From an uncultured bacterium (GTDB lineage: Bacteria > Desulfobacterota_D > UBA1144 > Nemesobacterales > UBA2774), in contig CAWGRW010000009.1 in NCBI GenBank assembly GCA_963825135.1, positions 1,600,001-1,664,000 of the forward strand: a DNA stretch of 64,000 nucleotides, in the 5' to 3' direction. Both the position numbers and the translations under genes were made by a program. A model generated the notes under the pieces. That model saw only the letters and a list, made by a program, of their open reading frames with translations. It ran no database searches and had not been told where the DNA came from. The stretch's first letter is position 1; the number at the start of each line of letters is the position of its first letter. Of the stretch, positions 10,952 to 20,021 are shown one piece after another.

Positions 10952-10963
10952 CCTGAATATAAG

Positions 10964-11017
10964 AAATCCGTATTTGTGAGATTCTGTTTTCACATGGATC
11001 ATCACAAATGCGGATTT
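10964..11017. terminator. Inverted repeat between convergent phaB and phaC (probable bidirectional terminator)
   Basis: AAATCCGTATTTGTGA ... TCACAAATGCGGATTT, followed by T-rich sequence. Confidence 0.55.
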
Positions 11018-11039
11018 TGTCTTTTCCTATCGGTACTCT

Positions 11040-12107
11040 TTATCTGGATCTTTCTATAAGCCAGTCTGCAACTTCAGGCCATAAGCCCTTAAGCGATTTA
11101 CTGCTAACGGAGAGCCCTATATGCCCGGTCGGGTAAACGATCGTCTTAGTGTCCTTGCTTGACGTCATCTCGTTGAAACCCAGGCTCGAAGCCGGAGGAA
11201 CCAGATGATCGTTTTCGGCTATCAGGTTCAGCACCGGACACTTTATTTGTTTCAGGTCCACCCGCTTGCCGTTTATTCTAAGTTTGTTTTCTACGAGCTG
11301 GTTTTCCTGATACAGGTATTTAACGAATTCCCTGAACACCTCTCCGGGGACCGCTATATTATCGTTCAGCCATTTCTCCATTGCGAGAAAATTCTCTACG
11401 AACGCCTCGTTGTCGACGTTCTCGTAGAAGTTCACGTACTTGGAGACGAGGTTCTGTATCGGCTTCATGAATAAGAATCCCGATTGCAGAAATTCAGCCG
11501 GTACGTTTCCGTAAGCTTCCACGAATTTGTCCACGTCGAAGTTGCCTCTATCTCCCCAGAGGTTCAATGTGCCTTCGACTTTGTAGTCGATTCCTGCCGT
11601 CATTAGAACCAGGTTCTTGATGTCCTCCGGGTATAGCGATGTGTACATTGCCGACATCGTACCGCCCATGCAGTAGCCGAGCACGTTTACCTTCTCGGAG
11701 CCGGAGTGTCTTTTAACTCTCTTGACGACTTGCCTGATATACCTGTTAATGTAGTGGTTGAGGTCGAGCTTTTTATCCTCGTCACCGGGAGAACCCCAGT
11801 CTATGAGGTAGACATCGATCCCTTTCTTAACGAGTACTTCCACAACGCTCCTGCCCGGTTTCAAGTCGAGAATGTAAGGGCGGTTTACGAGCGCGAAGAT
11901 CATTATCAACGGCACTGGATGTACCTTTTCAGTCTGCGGATAGTAGTGCAGGAGACGCAGCTTGTTTTCCGTAAATATTACCTCGTGGGGAGTGGCACCC
12001 ACCTCGACTTCCGGCGGATTCAGTAACGCTACCTCAAGAGCCTTGTTGAATTTATTTCTGGCTTTCCCGGCTTCCTGTATAGCGGAATCCATGTATTTAT
12101 TTCCCAT
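11040..12107 (-). CDS. phaC: Class III poly(R)-hydroxyalkanoate synthase subunit PhaC
   Basis: 355 aa; ALVNRPYILDL, lipase box GYCMGG, DHLVPP, GHIG. Confidence 0.95.
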   Translation of the reverse strand: MGNKYMDSAIQEAGKARNKFNKALEVALLNPPEVEVGATPHEVIFTENKLRLLHYYPQTEKVHPVPLIMIFALVNRPYILDLKPGRSVVEVLVKKGIDVYLIDWGSPGDEDKKLDLNHYINRYIRQVVKRVKRHSGSEKVNVLGYCMGGTMSAMYTSLYPEDIKNLVLMTAGIDYKVEGTLNLWGDRGNFDVDKFVEAYGNVPAEFLQSGFLFMKPIQNLVSKYVNFYENVDNEAFVENFLAMEKWLNDNIAVPGEVFREFVKYLYQENQLVENKLRINGKRVDLKQIKCPVLNLIAENDHLVPPASSLGFNEMTSSKDTKTIVYPTGHIGLSVSSKSLKGLWPEVADWLIERSR

Positions 12108-12182
12108 AATTATTACGATCCTCCTTATTTATATCCGGCTGGCGCCGTCCGCTGCGGACAACGGCGTCAGGTCCGGGTACTC

Positions 12183-12626
12183 CTATTTCTTTTTAGGACT
12201 GGCGGGTTTAGTATAATCATCGACTTTATCGACGAGGTCGTTAACTTTTTCTTCCAGGTTATTTATGGCGGCGAGAACCCTGTCGATATCGCCTTTAGAC
12301 GGGAAGCGCATACTCTTCAATGTTTTTTCGACCGCTTCATCGAAAAATTTCTTGAACTCGGAAGACTTTTCAACGGCTTTACCGATGTTGGAGGCGAATA
12401 AGGGGCTGTTTACCCACTTCTCCAGCACATCCGATGAGGATTTCTCCCATGTTTCATAAAACTTCTTATATTGTTCTATCGGGTCGTAGTCCCCTCCCTT
12501 AACATTTTCCTTGTTCTCGGCGATCGGGTTCTTTTTCCACATATCCATCGCTTCAGACATGGTTTTTTCCCACGCTTCATAAAACTTTTTATAATGTTCC
12601 GTGTAGTCGAATGTCTCTTTGTTCAT
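12183..12626 (-). CDS. Short PhaE/PhaR-like PHA synthase subunit
   Basis: Directly upstream of phaC; helical protein with C-terminal PSKGDIDRV..INNLEEKV coiled coil typical of PhaE C-termini. Confidence 0.6.
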   Translation of the reverse strand: MNKETFDYTEHYKKFYEAWEKTMSEAMDMWKKNPIAENKENVKGGDYDPIEQYKKFYETWEKSSSDVLEKWVNSPLFASNIGKAVEKSSEFKKFFDEAVEKTLKSMRFPSKGDIDRVLAAINNLEEKVNDLVDKVDDYTKPASPKKK

Positions 12627-12991
12627 TATTTTTTCTCCTTAATCTTTTTTTTGGTATTCCTGATTCTTTTCTGCGGGGGGGACTTTTTGGCGCTCGACTG
12701 GAGGTCCGTAATTTTACCCTCGAGCTCCGATATCTTTTCTCCTAGGGAATCCAGCGTATCTATAAGCTTCTCCATATCTTTTTTCTCGGGCACATACCTC
12801 TGCTCGAGCGTTTGCTCTATGAAACCGTGGATGTAACTCTTAAACTCCGAGGATTTTTCTACGGCCCTTTCCATGAGCGGACTGTTCATCCACACATCCA
12901 TCAATTTGTTTGTGGACTCTTCCCATGATTCGAAGAGTTTCTTGAAGTAGCTGAAGTAGTAAATTTCCTCGTATTCTTTTTTCTTGTCCAA
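12626..12991 (-). CDS. Second short PhaE/PhaR-like protein (paralogue of the neighbour)
   Basis: Shares WxNSPL, AVEKSSEFK and PxKxD..LxEK motifs with 12183-12626; stop overlaps the next start. Confidence 0.55.
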   Translation of the reverse strand: MDKKKEYEEIYYFSYFKKLFESWEESTNKLMDVWMNSPLMERAVEKSSEFKSYIHGFIEQTLEQRYVPEKKDMEKLIDTLDSLGEKISELEGKITDLQSSAKKSPPQKRIRNTKKKIKEKK

Positions 12992-13089
12992 TCCGATTCT
13001 CCCGAGGGCTGGTCTCCGCGGCTACGTAACAATATTATACTACATATTATAATACGTTAATTAGCGCGCCGCGCTCCACTGTGCGAGCT

Positions 13090-13506
13090 TCAGGAAGCGA
13101 GGGAGCTTACATATTTATCGAAAGCCGAGAACGCCCTTTCCGCCGATCTCTGATTCAAATCCAGGAGCTCTTTTGAATAATTGTCGGATACTTTTTTAAA
13201 CACGGTGTAGAAATTGTTTTGAAATTCTATAATGCGTTCGATCTTCTCGCCGATTCCAGGGCTGAGGAATTCCTTCGGGAGCTTGCCGGTTACCGACTTA
13301 ACCTGCTCCGAATAATCTTTCTGGATTTTACGCAGCTGTTCGAGCTGGGCTTCCATGAGCCTCTTGTTTTCTTCCAGGAGGGAGTGAGCGGAATCGAGCC
13401 CGATGAGATAGTTTTCCTTCACAAGACCGTTCAAATCATTATAGATTTCTTTTTTGTTTCCGACCGGTAACACCTTTGTTGAAACCGATTTCTTAGTTTT
13501 CGGCAT
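13090..13506 (-). CDS. Phasin-like PHA granule-associated protein
   Basis: 138 aa, all-helical amphipathic, first gene of the PHA cluster; function inferred from context. Confidence 0.45.
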   Translation of the reverse strand: MPKTKKSVSTKVLPVGNKKEIYNDLNGLVKENYLIGLDSAHSLLEENKRLMEAQLEQLRKIQKDYSEQVKSVTGKLPKEFLSPGIGEKIERIIEFQNNFYTVFKKVSDNYSKELLDLNQRSAERAFSAFDKYVSSLAS

Positions 13507-13836
13507 TCTAATACCCCCATTTTTAACTTTCTATATACAATATAATTTGTCCCGGTTTTTTGTCAATAGATATTGTTAGCAATTGCACAATTATATATTG
13601 TAGCAATATGAGGATGTTGTGGCCCATCATCGCCATCTGTCACAGCAATAGCGATGAATATTGCCCCGAGCCGCGAAATTTTATAATTAACGGCATGCGT
13701 GTAATCCCCGGAGAGACCGGCTACAATACCAACGCCTCTCGAAAGGCGAAAAAAATCGCGGGCACTTGCGGTTTAGACTAGTTAATTTTTTTTATAAGTT
13801 ATGTTCACTCTCACGATTTGTAAGAGGGGTTGTTGA

Positions 13837-14982
13837 TTGAACCGGACTTTGGTCTTCATCTTGCTTTTGTTTCTGACCGTGCTGACGAGCGGAGTTAAAG
13901 CGCAAATAAGCGCGCCGGATCAGGGAAATATCTCAGGCATTGAAACTTTAACTTTCGGATGCCTCCTCCCGCTGACGGGGAGGTACAGGCAGCTGGGTGA
14001 AACCGCGCTTAAAGGCATACTGGCCGCCGCAGATTCCGGGCCCCGGGGTTTCGAATACAGGGTCATAGTCAAGGATATGGGGGATAGCGAAAAGAGTCTG
14101 AGCGCGGCCCTGAATGAATTATTAAATACCCCGGGCATGTCGTTTATCATGGGCCCGGTTCCGAGCAAATTCATACAGGTTGCGAGTCCGCGCGTTAATG
14201 AAAAACGTATTCCTTCCGTGACATTCCCGGTATCCGAGAACGGAACAGCGGGAGGCCCTTATATAATAAAGTATTACTACCCCCTTGAAGAGCAGGTCGG
14301 GGTGCTTTCCCGCTATGCGGCCAGGGAGCTCGGTATCAGGACTTTCGCCATCCTCTATCCTCAAACGGCCCTGGGGAAAAAGATGAAAGATACATTTGCC
14401 TCAAGCGTGGCCGAGAACGGGGGAAAACTGGTATATGCGGGTTCCTATAATCCGGAGTCGAGAGATATTTCGAGGGAGCTGGGCTGGATATCCTCGATAA
14501 GCCCGGAGGCGGTATTCATACCGGACGGCGCCGCTTCCTCGGCGGAGCTGATTTTGAGGCTTAAAAGGGAAGGGAAGCTTAGAGACGTGCTCTTTCTGGG
14601 ACCCAGCACCTGGAATAGCCCGCTTTTTCTGGACCTGATAGGGGATGAGATCGACGGGTTCGTGTTCAGGACGGTCTTTACCGACGTTTATTATTACGGA
14701 GACGGGGATTGGGAAGAGTTCACCAGGCTCGTAGAAAGCAAATTTCAGGAGAAACCCGATCTCTTCGGATACCAGGTCTACAGGGCGCTCGGACTCATGC
14801 TCTCTGTCGTAAGGGAGCATGGCGGGGGTCAAAAGGACATCATGGACGGTCTTAATTCACTCAAGACTGATCCAGATTACCATATAATAACGGATAAGAG
14901 CGGCAGCATGCAGGTTTCTCCGCGTTACAGGATCCTTTCAGTGAGCGGCGGGGAGATCGTTGATATCGTTAAGATTAAATGA
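13837..14982 (+). CDS. Periplasmic binding protein type 1 / LpoA-like penicillin-binding protein activator
   Basis: Signal peptide; GCLLPLTGRY, FAILYPQTALG, EAVFIPD. Confidence 0.7.
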   Translation: MNRTLVFILLLFLTVLTSGVKAQISAPDQGNISGIETLTFGCLLPLTGRYRQLGETALKGILAAADSGPRGFEYRVIVKDMGDSEKSLSAALNELLNTPGMSFIMGPVPSKFIQVASPRVNEKRIPSVTFPVSENGTAGGPYIIKYYYPLEEQVGVLSRYAARELGIRTFAILYPQTALGKKMKDTFASSVAENGGKLVYAGSYNPESRDISRELGWISSISPEAVFIPDGAASSAELILRLKREGKLRDVLFLGPSTWNSPLFLDLIGDEIDGFVFRTVFTDVYYYGDGDWEEFTRLVESKFQEKPDLFGYQVYRALGLMLSVVREHGGGQKDIMDGLNSLKTDPDYHIITDKSGSMQVSPRYRILSVSGGEIVDIVKIK

Positions 14983-15032
14983 TAATCGATTTATCCGGAT
15001 ACCATGCGATGGGGAGCGCCAATCGTCTGATT

Positions 15033-15842
15033 TCAGCCCAGGAAGTCGTGGTGGCCGGGAGCCAGGTATCCGATCACGAAAAGCGTAAAGAGTATTATCC
15101 CGAATCCCAGAACGGCGCCGAACGCCGCCTTACGTCCCTTCCAGCCCGATGAGAGCCTCCCGTGCAGAAGGACCGCGTATAATAGCCATGTTACGAGCGA
15201 CCAGGTCTCTTTCTGTCCCCATACCCAGCCGTCTCCCCATATTTCCTTTGCGAGTAGCAGGCCCAGCGCGAGCCCCACGGTAATGAAAGGGAACCCCGTA
15301 ATCAGGCAAACGTGGTTGATTTTATCGAGGGTGGTGAGTGACGGGAACTTCTGTATGAGGCTCCCGACACGTTTCGACTTTATCTTCTGCTCCTGAAATA
15401 AATAGAGGAGGCCAGAGATAAATGCCACAGTGAATAAGGCCTCTCCGAGCAGGATGAAAACTATATGGATCAGTATCCAGGGATTGCCGAGCGATGGTTC
15501 GTGCTCGATAATCCCCTGAGGCAATATGACGTGAGGGAGTGTCATAATGAACGCGAGGGGGGACACGAACGCCCCGAGAAGCGGGGCGTTGAATATGAGC
15601 TGCGAACCTATGAATACGAGAGTTATGGTCAATGCGAATAGGTATAGAGTGGTATCGAGGCCGCCAGCAAGGGAGTCTCCTTTAAGATACAGCGCCACTA
15701 CGCTGATCGACTGAATCAGTGTTCCGAGCACCACGGTATAAAATCCCCATTTTGCGCCAGTCCTGCTGTCAGTCCAGATGTGGCTCATGTAGAATACGGA
15801 CGAGATGAAGTATAAAAGGGCTGTTATCCAGTATAAATCCAT
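15033..15842 (-). CDS. ccsA: Cytochrome c assembly protein CcsA family
   Basis: Multi-TM; WWD-like WGDGWVWGQKETWSLVTWLLY; conserved His residues. Confidence 0.85.
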   Translation of the reverse strand: MDLYWITALLYFISSVFYMSHIWTDSRTGAKWGFYTVVLGTLIQSISVVALYLKGDSLAGGLDTTLYLFALTITLVFIGSQLIFNAPLLGAFVSPLAFIMTLPHVILPQGIIEHEPSLGNPWILIHIVFILLGEALFTVAFISGLLYLFQEQKIKSKRVGSLIQKFPSLTTLDKINHVCLITGFPFITVGLALGLLLAKEIWGDGWVWGQKETWSLVTWLLYAVLLHGRLSSGWKGRKAAFGAVLGFGIILFTLFVIGYLAPGHHDFLG

Positions 15843-15992
15843 GTCTATATTCTATTTATGATGGTCTTTAAATACAATTAAATCTGTTAAATAGGCGGCG
15901 TTGCCATTGATCATGGCGACTGCCCGTATCCTTCGAGCTTTCTTGAAACGATGGAGTGTATTAATAATATTAAAAATAATATTAAAACGGTA

Positions 15993-17066
15993 TTATGAGA
16001 ACGCAGCCTCTTTAAGAATCTCGGTCTGGTAATGGGTGGTCAGGGCGTCGATCAAGTCGTCGATGTCGCCATTGAGCATCGCCTCTATCTTATAAAGCGT
16101 GAGTCCGATCCTGTGGTCCGTGATTCTGCCGTCACGAAAATTGTACGTCCTTATCTTCTCGCTCCTGTCTCCGCTGCCGACGAGACTCTTTCTCGCGCTC
16201 GCCAGCTCGCTCCGCCTCTTTTGCTCCTCTATCTCGTATAGTTTCGCTCTCAGCATCCTCATGGCGTGCGCGCGGTTTTTGTGCTGGGACCGCTCGTCCT
16301 GGCATTGTACCACGATTCCCGAGGGGAGGTGCGTGATCCTTATCGCGGAGTCGGTCTTGTTCACGTGCTGGCCGCCGGGCCCCGACGCGCGGTACGTATC
16401 GATCTTCAAATCCTTTTCGTCTATCTCCACCTCGACATCATCCGGCTCGGCCAGGACCGCTACCGTAGCCGTGGATGTGTGAATCCTTCCGCTCGTCTCG
16501 GTGGCCGGAACTCTCTGTACCCTGTGGACGCCGCTCTCATACTTGAGCCTGCTGTAAACATTCTTGCCCTCAATGGCGATTATGACCTCTTTCAATCCCC
16601 CGATGCCGGTTTCGCTCAGGTTGATAATCTCCACCTTCCATTTATTAGCTTCCGCGTATCTTGAATACATCCTGAACAAATCAGCCGCGAACAGTGCAGC
16701 CTCGTCTCCGCCCGTGCCCGCGCGTATCTCGAGGAATACGTTTTTTGCGTCGTTCGGGTCCTTGGGAAGAAGTAACAGGCGGAGCCCCGCCTCAAGCTCC
16801 GTCAGCTCCTTTTCGAGATTCTCCAGCTCTTCTCTTGCAAGCTCGCCGAGGTCCTTATCTTTGAGGAGCGACCTGTTGTCCTCGATCTTTTCGAGCACGA
16901 TTTTATACTTCCGATAAACCTCCACAATCTCGTCCAGGTCTGATAATTCCTTGGAATACTTATGAATTTCAGGCGGACTGATGTCGGGTTTAGTTAAATT
17001 TCTCTCGATTTCGAGGTATTTTTTCTCGACTTCTTCAAGTCGTTTTAACATGCCTAATTCTGCCAT
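15993..17066 (-). CDS. prfA: Peptide chain release factor 1
   Basis: PAT motif (RVPATE), GGQ ([13 protein letters not shown]), [11 protein letters not shown]. Confidence 0.97.
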   Translation of the reverse strand: MAELGMLKRLEEVEKKYLEIERNLTKPDISPPEIHKYSKELSDLDEIVEVYRKYKIVLEKIEDNRSLLKDKDLGELAREELENLEKELTELEAGLRLLLLPKDPNDAKNVFLEIRAGTGGDEAALFAADLFRMYSRYAEANKWKVEIINLSETGIGGLKEVIIAIEGKNVYSRLKYESGVHRVQRVPATETSGRIHTSTATVAVLAEPDDVEVEIDEKDLKIDTYRASGPGGQHVNKTDSAIRITHLPSGIVVQCQDERSQHKNRAHAMRMLRAKLYEIEEQKRRSELASARKSLVGSGDRSEKIRTYNFRDGRITDHRIGLTLYKIEAMLNGDIDDLIDALTTHYQTEILKEAAFS

Positions 17067-17134
17067 TTCCTGCTATTATCATCACACATCTTGCAAAAAA
17101 TTCAAGATAATATTAAACTTGTCTTGGTAAAATA

Positions 17135-17344
17135 ATGGAAACAATGGATATTCTTGAAGGCAAAATTAAAGAGGCTTTGTCGAGGAAAACAAAGCTCGAG
17201 GTGGAGCATAAAAACCTTATGGAGGAAGTTGCGAGTCTCAGGGAAAGTGTAAAGAAGCTCGAGAAAGAAAGGGATGAAATAAAACAGAAGTTAGACAGAG
17301 TAATCGAGAAGGTTGAGATTTATTTGAGCAGGTCTGAGGCATAG
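17135..17344 (+). CDS. ZapB-like coiled-coil cell division protein
   Basis: 69 aa heptad repeat directly upstream of zapA. Confidence 0.65.
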   Translation: METMDILEGKIKEALSRKTKLEVEHKNLMEEVASLRESVKKLEKERDEIKQKLDRVIEKVEIYLSRSEA

Positions 17345-17345
17345 A

Positions 17346-17705
17346 GTGAAACGTTTGAAGGTTAAGTTTTTGGATACCGATTATGTTGTTAAAACAGACG
17401 CCGATGAGGATTATGTCCGGAAAATCGCTTTATATCTGGAGCAAAAGGTGAAGGAGATATCCGCACAGGACAATTTAGTCGTGCCGAATACGCTTCTGCT
17501 TGCGATGCTGAAAATTACTGACGATTACTTCAAATTGTTAAAAGACTTCGAGGAATTTAAAGACGGTGCTGAAGAGAGATCAAAGAGATTGGTACAAATA
17601 CTGGAAAGCTCCCTTAACGAAAAAGAAACCTTTGGATTTAGTGAAGGAATTCTTAGAGAGGAACTCGGAAGAGAAGAATTGGAAGACTCTTACAAATACA
17701 GGTGA
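17346..17705 (+). CDS. zapA: Cell division protein ZapA
   Basis: VKFLDTDYVVKTDADEDYVRKIALYLEQKV...LAMLKITDDY; zapB-zapA-cyclo-ligase-rny context. Confidence 0.8.
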   Translation: MKRLKVKFLDTDYVVKTDADEDYVRKIALYLEQKVKEISAQDNLVVPNTLLLAMLKITDDYFKLLKDFEEFKDGAEERSKRLVQILESSLNEKETFGFSEGILREELGREELEDSYKYR

Positions 17706-17757
17706 TCTTGAATTACCTGATTCGTTTCTTTCCCTCTTAGAGGCGGGGGGTTTAAAT

Positions 17758-18348
17758 CTTGAAAAACATAAAGAATACGTACGCTCGTATTTCTTAAAGA
17801 GAAGGTCCCGCCTTTCCAATGCCGATATAGAAAAGAAAAGCCGCCTGATATCGGCCAACCTCGGGCGTCTGGAGTCGTTTGTCCGGGCTAGGAGAATCGG
17901 GTTATACTGTCCGGTCCGGAACGAGGTAGATACCGGGTATATATATTTTCAGTCTCCGGAGTCCGGGAAAGAGGCCTACTTCCCGAGAGTAAACGGAACG
18001 AGCCTGACTTTTCATAGAATCTTAAACCTTAACGAACTACTACCCGGGAAATATGGTATCCCGGAACCGCATTCGGAATCGCCTGCCATCGCGCCCGAGA
18101 ATCTGGACCTGGTCCTCGTACCCGGAGTTGCCTTTGACCGCGCCGGAGCGAGGCTCGGCTACGGGAAGGGGTATTATGACCGGCTGCTGACTCATATCCC
18201 TCCGAACAGAAGGGTCGGGCTTGCTTACTCGCTTCAGATGTCGGATGGTCTCCCCACCGGGGAGACGGACGTCTCTGTGGGTTCTGTGGTAACCGAATCG
18301 GGAGTAATTTTTTGCGGTAGAAATGAAGGAGGAAACCAAAATGAATGA
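17758..18348 (+). CDS. 5-formyltetrahydrofolate cyclo-ligase (start uncertain)
   Basis: YCPVRNEVDT, DLVLVPGVAFD, RLGYGKGYYDR; no clean in-frame start after zapA. Confidence 0.85.
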   Translation, partial: LEKHKEYVRSYFLKRRSRLSNADIEKKSRLISANLGRLESFVRARRIGLYCPVRNEVDTGYIYFQSPESGKEAYFPRVNGTSLTFHRILNLNELLPGKYGIPEPHSESPAIAPENLDLVLVPGVAFDRAGARLGYGKGYYDRLLTHIPPNRRVGLAYSLQMSDGLPTGETDVSVGSVVTESGVIFCGRNEGGNQNE

Positions 18349-19903
18349 GCTGATAATCACCGCGGCTGCTTCAGTTGTGGCTTTTGCTTTGGGATACCTG
18401 GCTAATCACCTCTATAGACGGATGTTATTGAACAAGAAGATAGGTCTGAAGAAGGACGAAGCCGAGATCATAATCGAGAATGCCAGAAAGGAAGCCGAGA
18501 AGATCAGGATACAGGGAGAGTTAAAAGCGAAGGAAATTGTCGAGAAGAGGAGTTCCGAAGTCGAGAACGAGTCGAGGGAGAAGCAGAGGGAAGCGTTTAA
18601 GGTTGAAAAGCGTCTCCAGAAACGCGAAGAAATCCTCGATAAGAAATACGAGGCTGTCGAAAAGAGGGAATCCGATAACTCGAAGAAGGAACAGGATCTC
18701 GTACGCAAGGATCAGGCCCTAGCCGACAAACAGAAGGAACTCGACGGCGTAATAGACGAGGCCAGGAAAAAGATAGAAGACATCGCCGGCATGACCCAGG
18801 AAGCGGCCAAGAACGAGCTCGTGAACATCATCGAAGACGAGGCGAGGCATGAGGCGGCCAAGAAGCTAAAGCAGCTCGAGGACCAGCTCCACGAAGAGTC
18901 CGAGAGAAAGGCGAAGGACATAATAGCCCTCGCTATACAGAAGTATTCCGGCGAATACACGAGTGAGAAGACGATATCGGTCGTCAACCTCCCTAACGAC
19001 GATATGAAAGGAAGGATAATCGGACGGGAAGGGAGGAACATCAGGTCAATCGAAGCCCGGACGGGAGTCGACATTATCATCGACGATACCCCTGAGACCG
19101 TCGTTATATCTTCGCTGAACCCGATAAGAAGGCAGGTCGCGAGGGTGTCCCTCGAAAGGCTGATAGATGACGGCAGGATTCACCCTGCACGAATCGAGGA
19201 AATCGTGAGCGAAGTCGAAAAAGAAATAGAGCGCGAGATTCAGAAGGCGGGGGAGGCGGCTTTATTTGACCTCGGCTTGCCGTCGATGCATCCGGAGCTC
19301 ATTAAGCTTATCGGAAGGCTCAAATACCGGACGAGTTATTCTCAGAATATATTGAACCACTCGATAGAGGTCGCGTTCATCTGCGGGATACTTGCCGCCG
19401 AAATAGGATACGACATCAAGCTCGCGAAGCGGGCCGGTCTCCTACACGATATCGGGAAAGCGGTAGACCACGAGATCGAAGGCTCGCACGTGGACATCGG
19501 CGAGGACCTCGTGAGGAAATACGGAGAGCCCAAAGAGGTGATCGAGGCCGTGGCGCTCGGGCACGACCCGTCGCCCCAGTCCCTGATAGCTATACTCGTT
19601 CAGGCATCCGACGCCATATCGGCCGCGAGGCCGGGGGCGAGGAGAGAGACCTACGAGGCCTACGTGAAGAGGATAGAGGATATCGAGAGCATCGCGGCCT
19701 CCTTCAGGGGAGTCGAAAAGTGCTATGCGATACAGGCCGGTCGCGAAGTCAGGGTTATCGTTGAGAGCTCAAAGGTGAACGACGAGGAAGGCGCGCTCCT
19801 GTCCCACGAGATAGCGAAGAAAATCGAGAAGGAAGTCGCATATCCGGGACAGATCAAGATAACGGTAATAAGGGAAGTCAGGTCTACGGCGTTTGCGAGC
19901 TAG
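18341..19903 (+). CDS. rny: Ribonuclease Y
   Basis: N-terminal TM, coiled coil, KH motif KGRIIGREGRNI, HD motif LLHDIGKA; AGGAGG RBS. Confidence 0.97.
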   Translation: MNELIITAAASVVAFALGYLANHLYRRMLLNKKIGLKKDEAEIIIENARKEAEKIRIQGELKAKEIVEKRSSEVENESREKQREAFKVEKRLQKREEILDKKYEAVEKRESDNSKKEQDLVRKDQALADKQKELDGVIDEARKKIEDIAGMTQEAAKNELVNIIEDEARHEAAKKLKQLEDQLHEESERKAKDIIALAIQKYSGEYTSEKTISVVNLPNDDMKGRIIGREGRNIRSIEARTGVDIIIDDTPETVVISSLNPIRRQVARVSLERLIDDGRIHPARIEEIVSEVEKEIEREIQKAGEAALFDLGLPSMHPELIKLIGRLKYRTSYSQNILNHSIEVAFICGILAAEIGYDIKLAKRAGLLHDIGKAVDHEIEGSHVDIGEDLVRKYGEPKEVIEAVALGHDPSPQSLIAILVQASDAISAARPGARRETYEAYVKRIEDIESIAASFRGVEKCYAIQAGREVRVIVESSKVNDEEGALLSHEIAKKIEKEVAYPGQIKITVIREVRSTAFAS

Positions 19904-19968
19904 TCGTGAATCCGGGCTCTGTATTTCCCGATTCCAATATTTTAACTCGCGTACACAAACTAATATTC

Positions 19969-20004
19969 CCCGTGCCGGCTGTAACAGCCGGCACGGGTTT
20001 CTTT
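19969..20004 (+). terminator. Rho-independent terminator between convergent rny and ppdK
   Basis: CCCGTGCCGGCTG-TAA-CAGCCGGCACGGG then TTTCTTT. Confidence 0.85.
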
Positions 20005-20021
20005 ATAGTGCTTACGAGTCC

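Noticed and set aside
17566..17757. Long N-terminal extension of the cyclo-ligase ORF
   Set aside because: It overlaps zapA by 140 bp in another frame and shows no family-like sequence.
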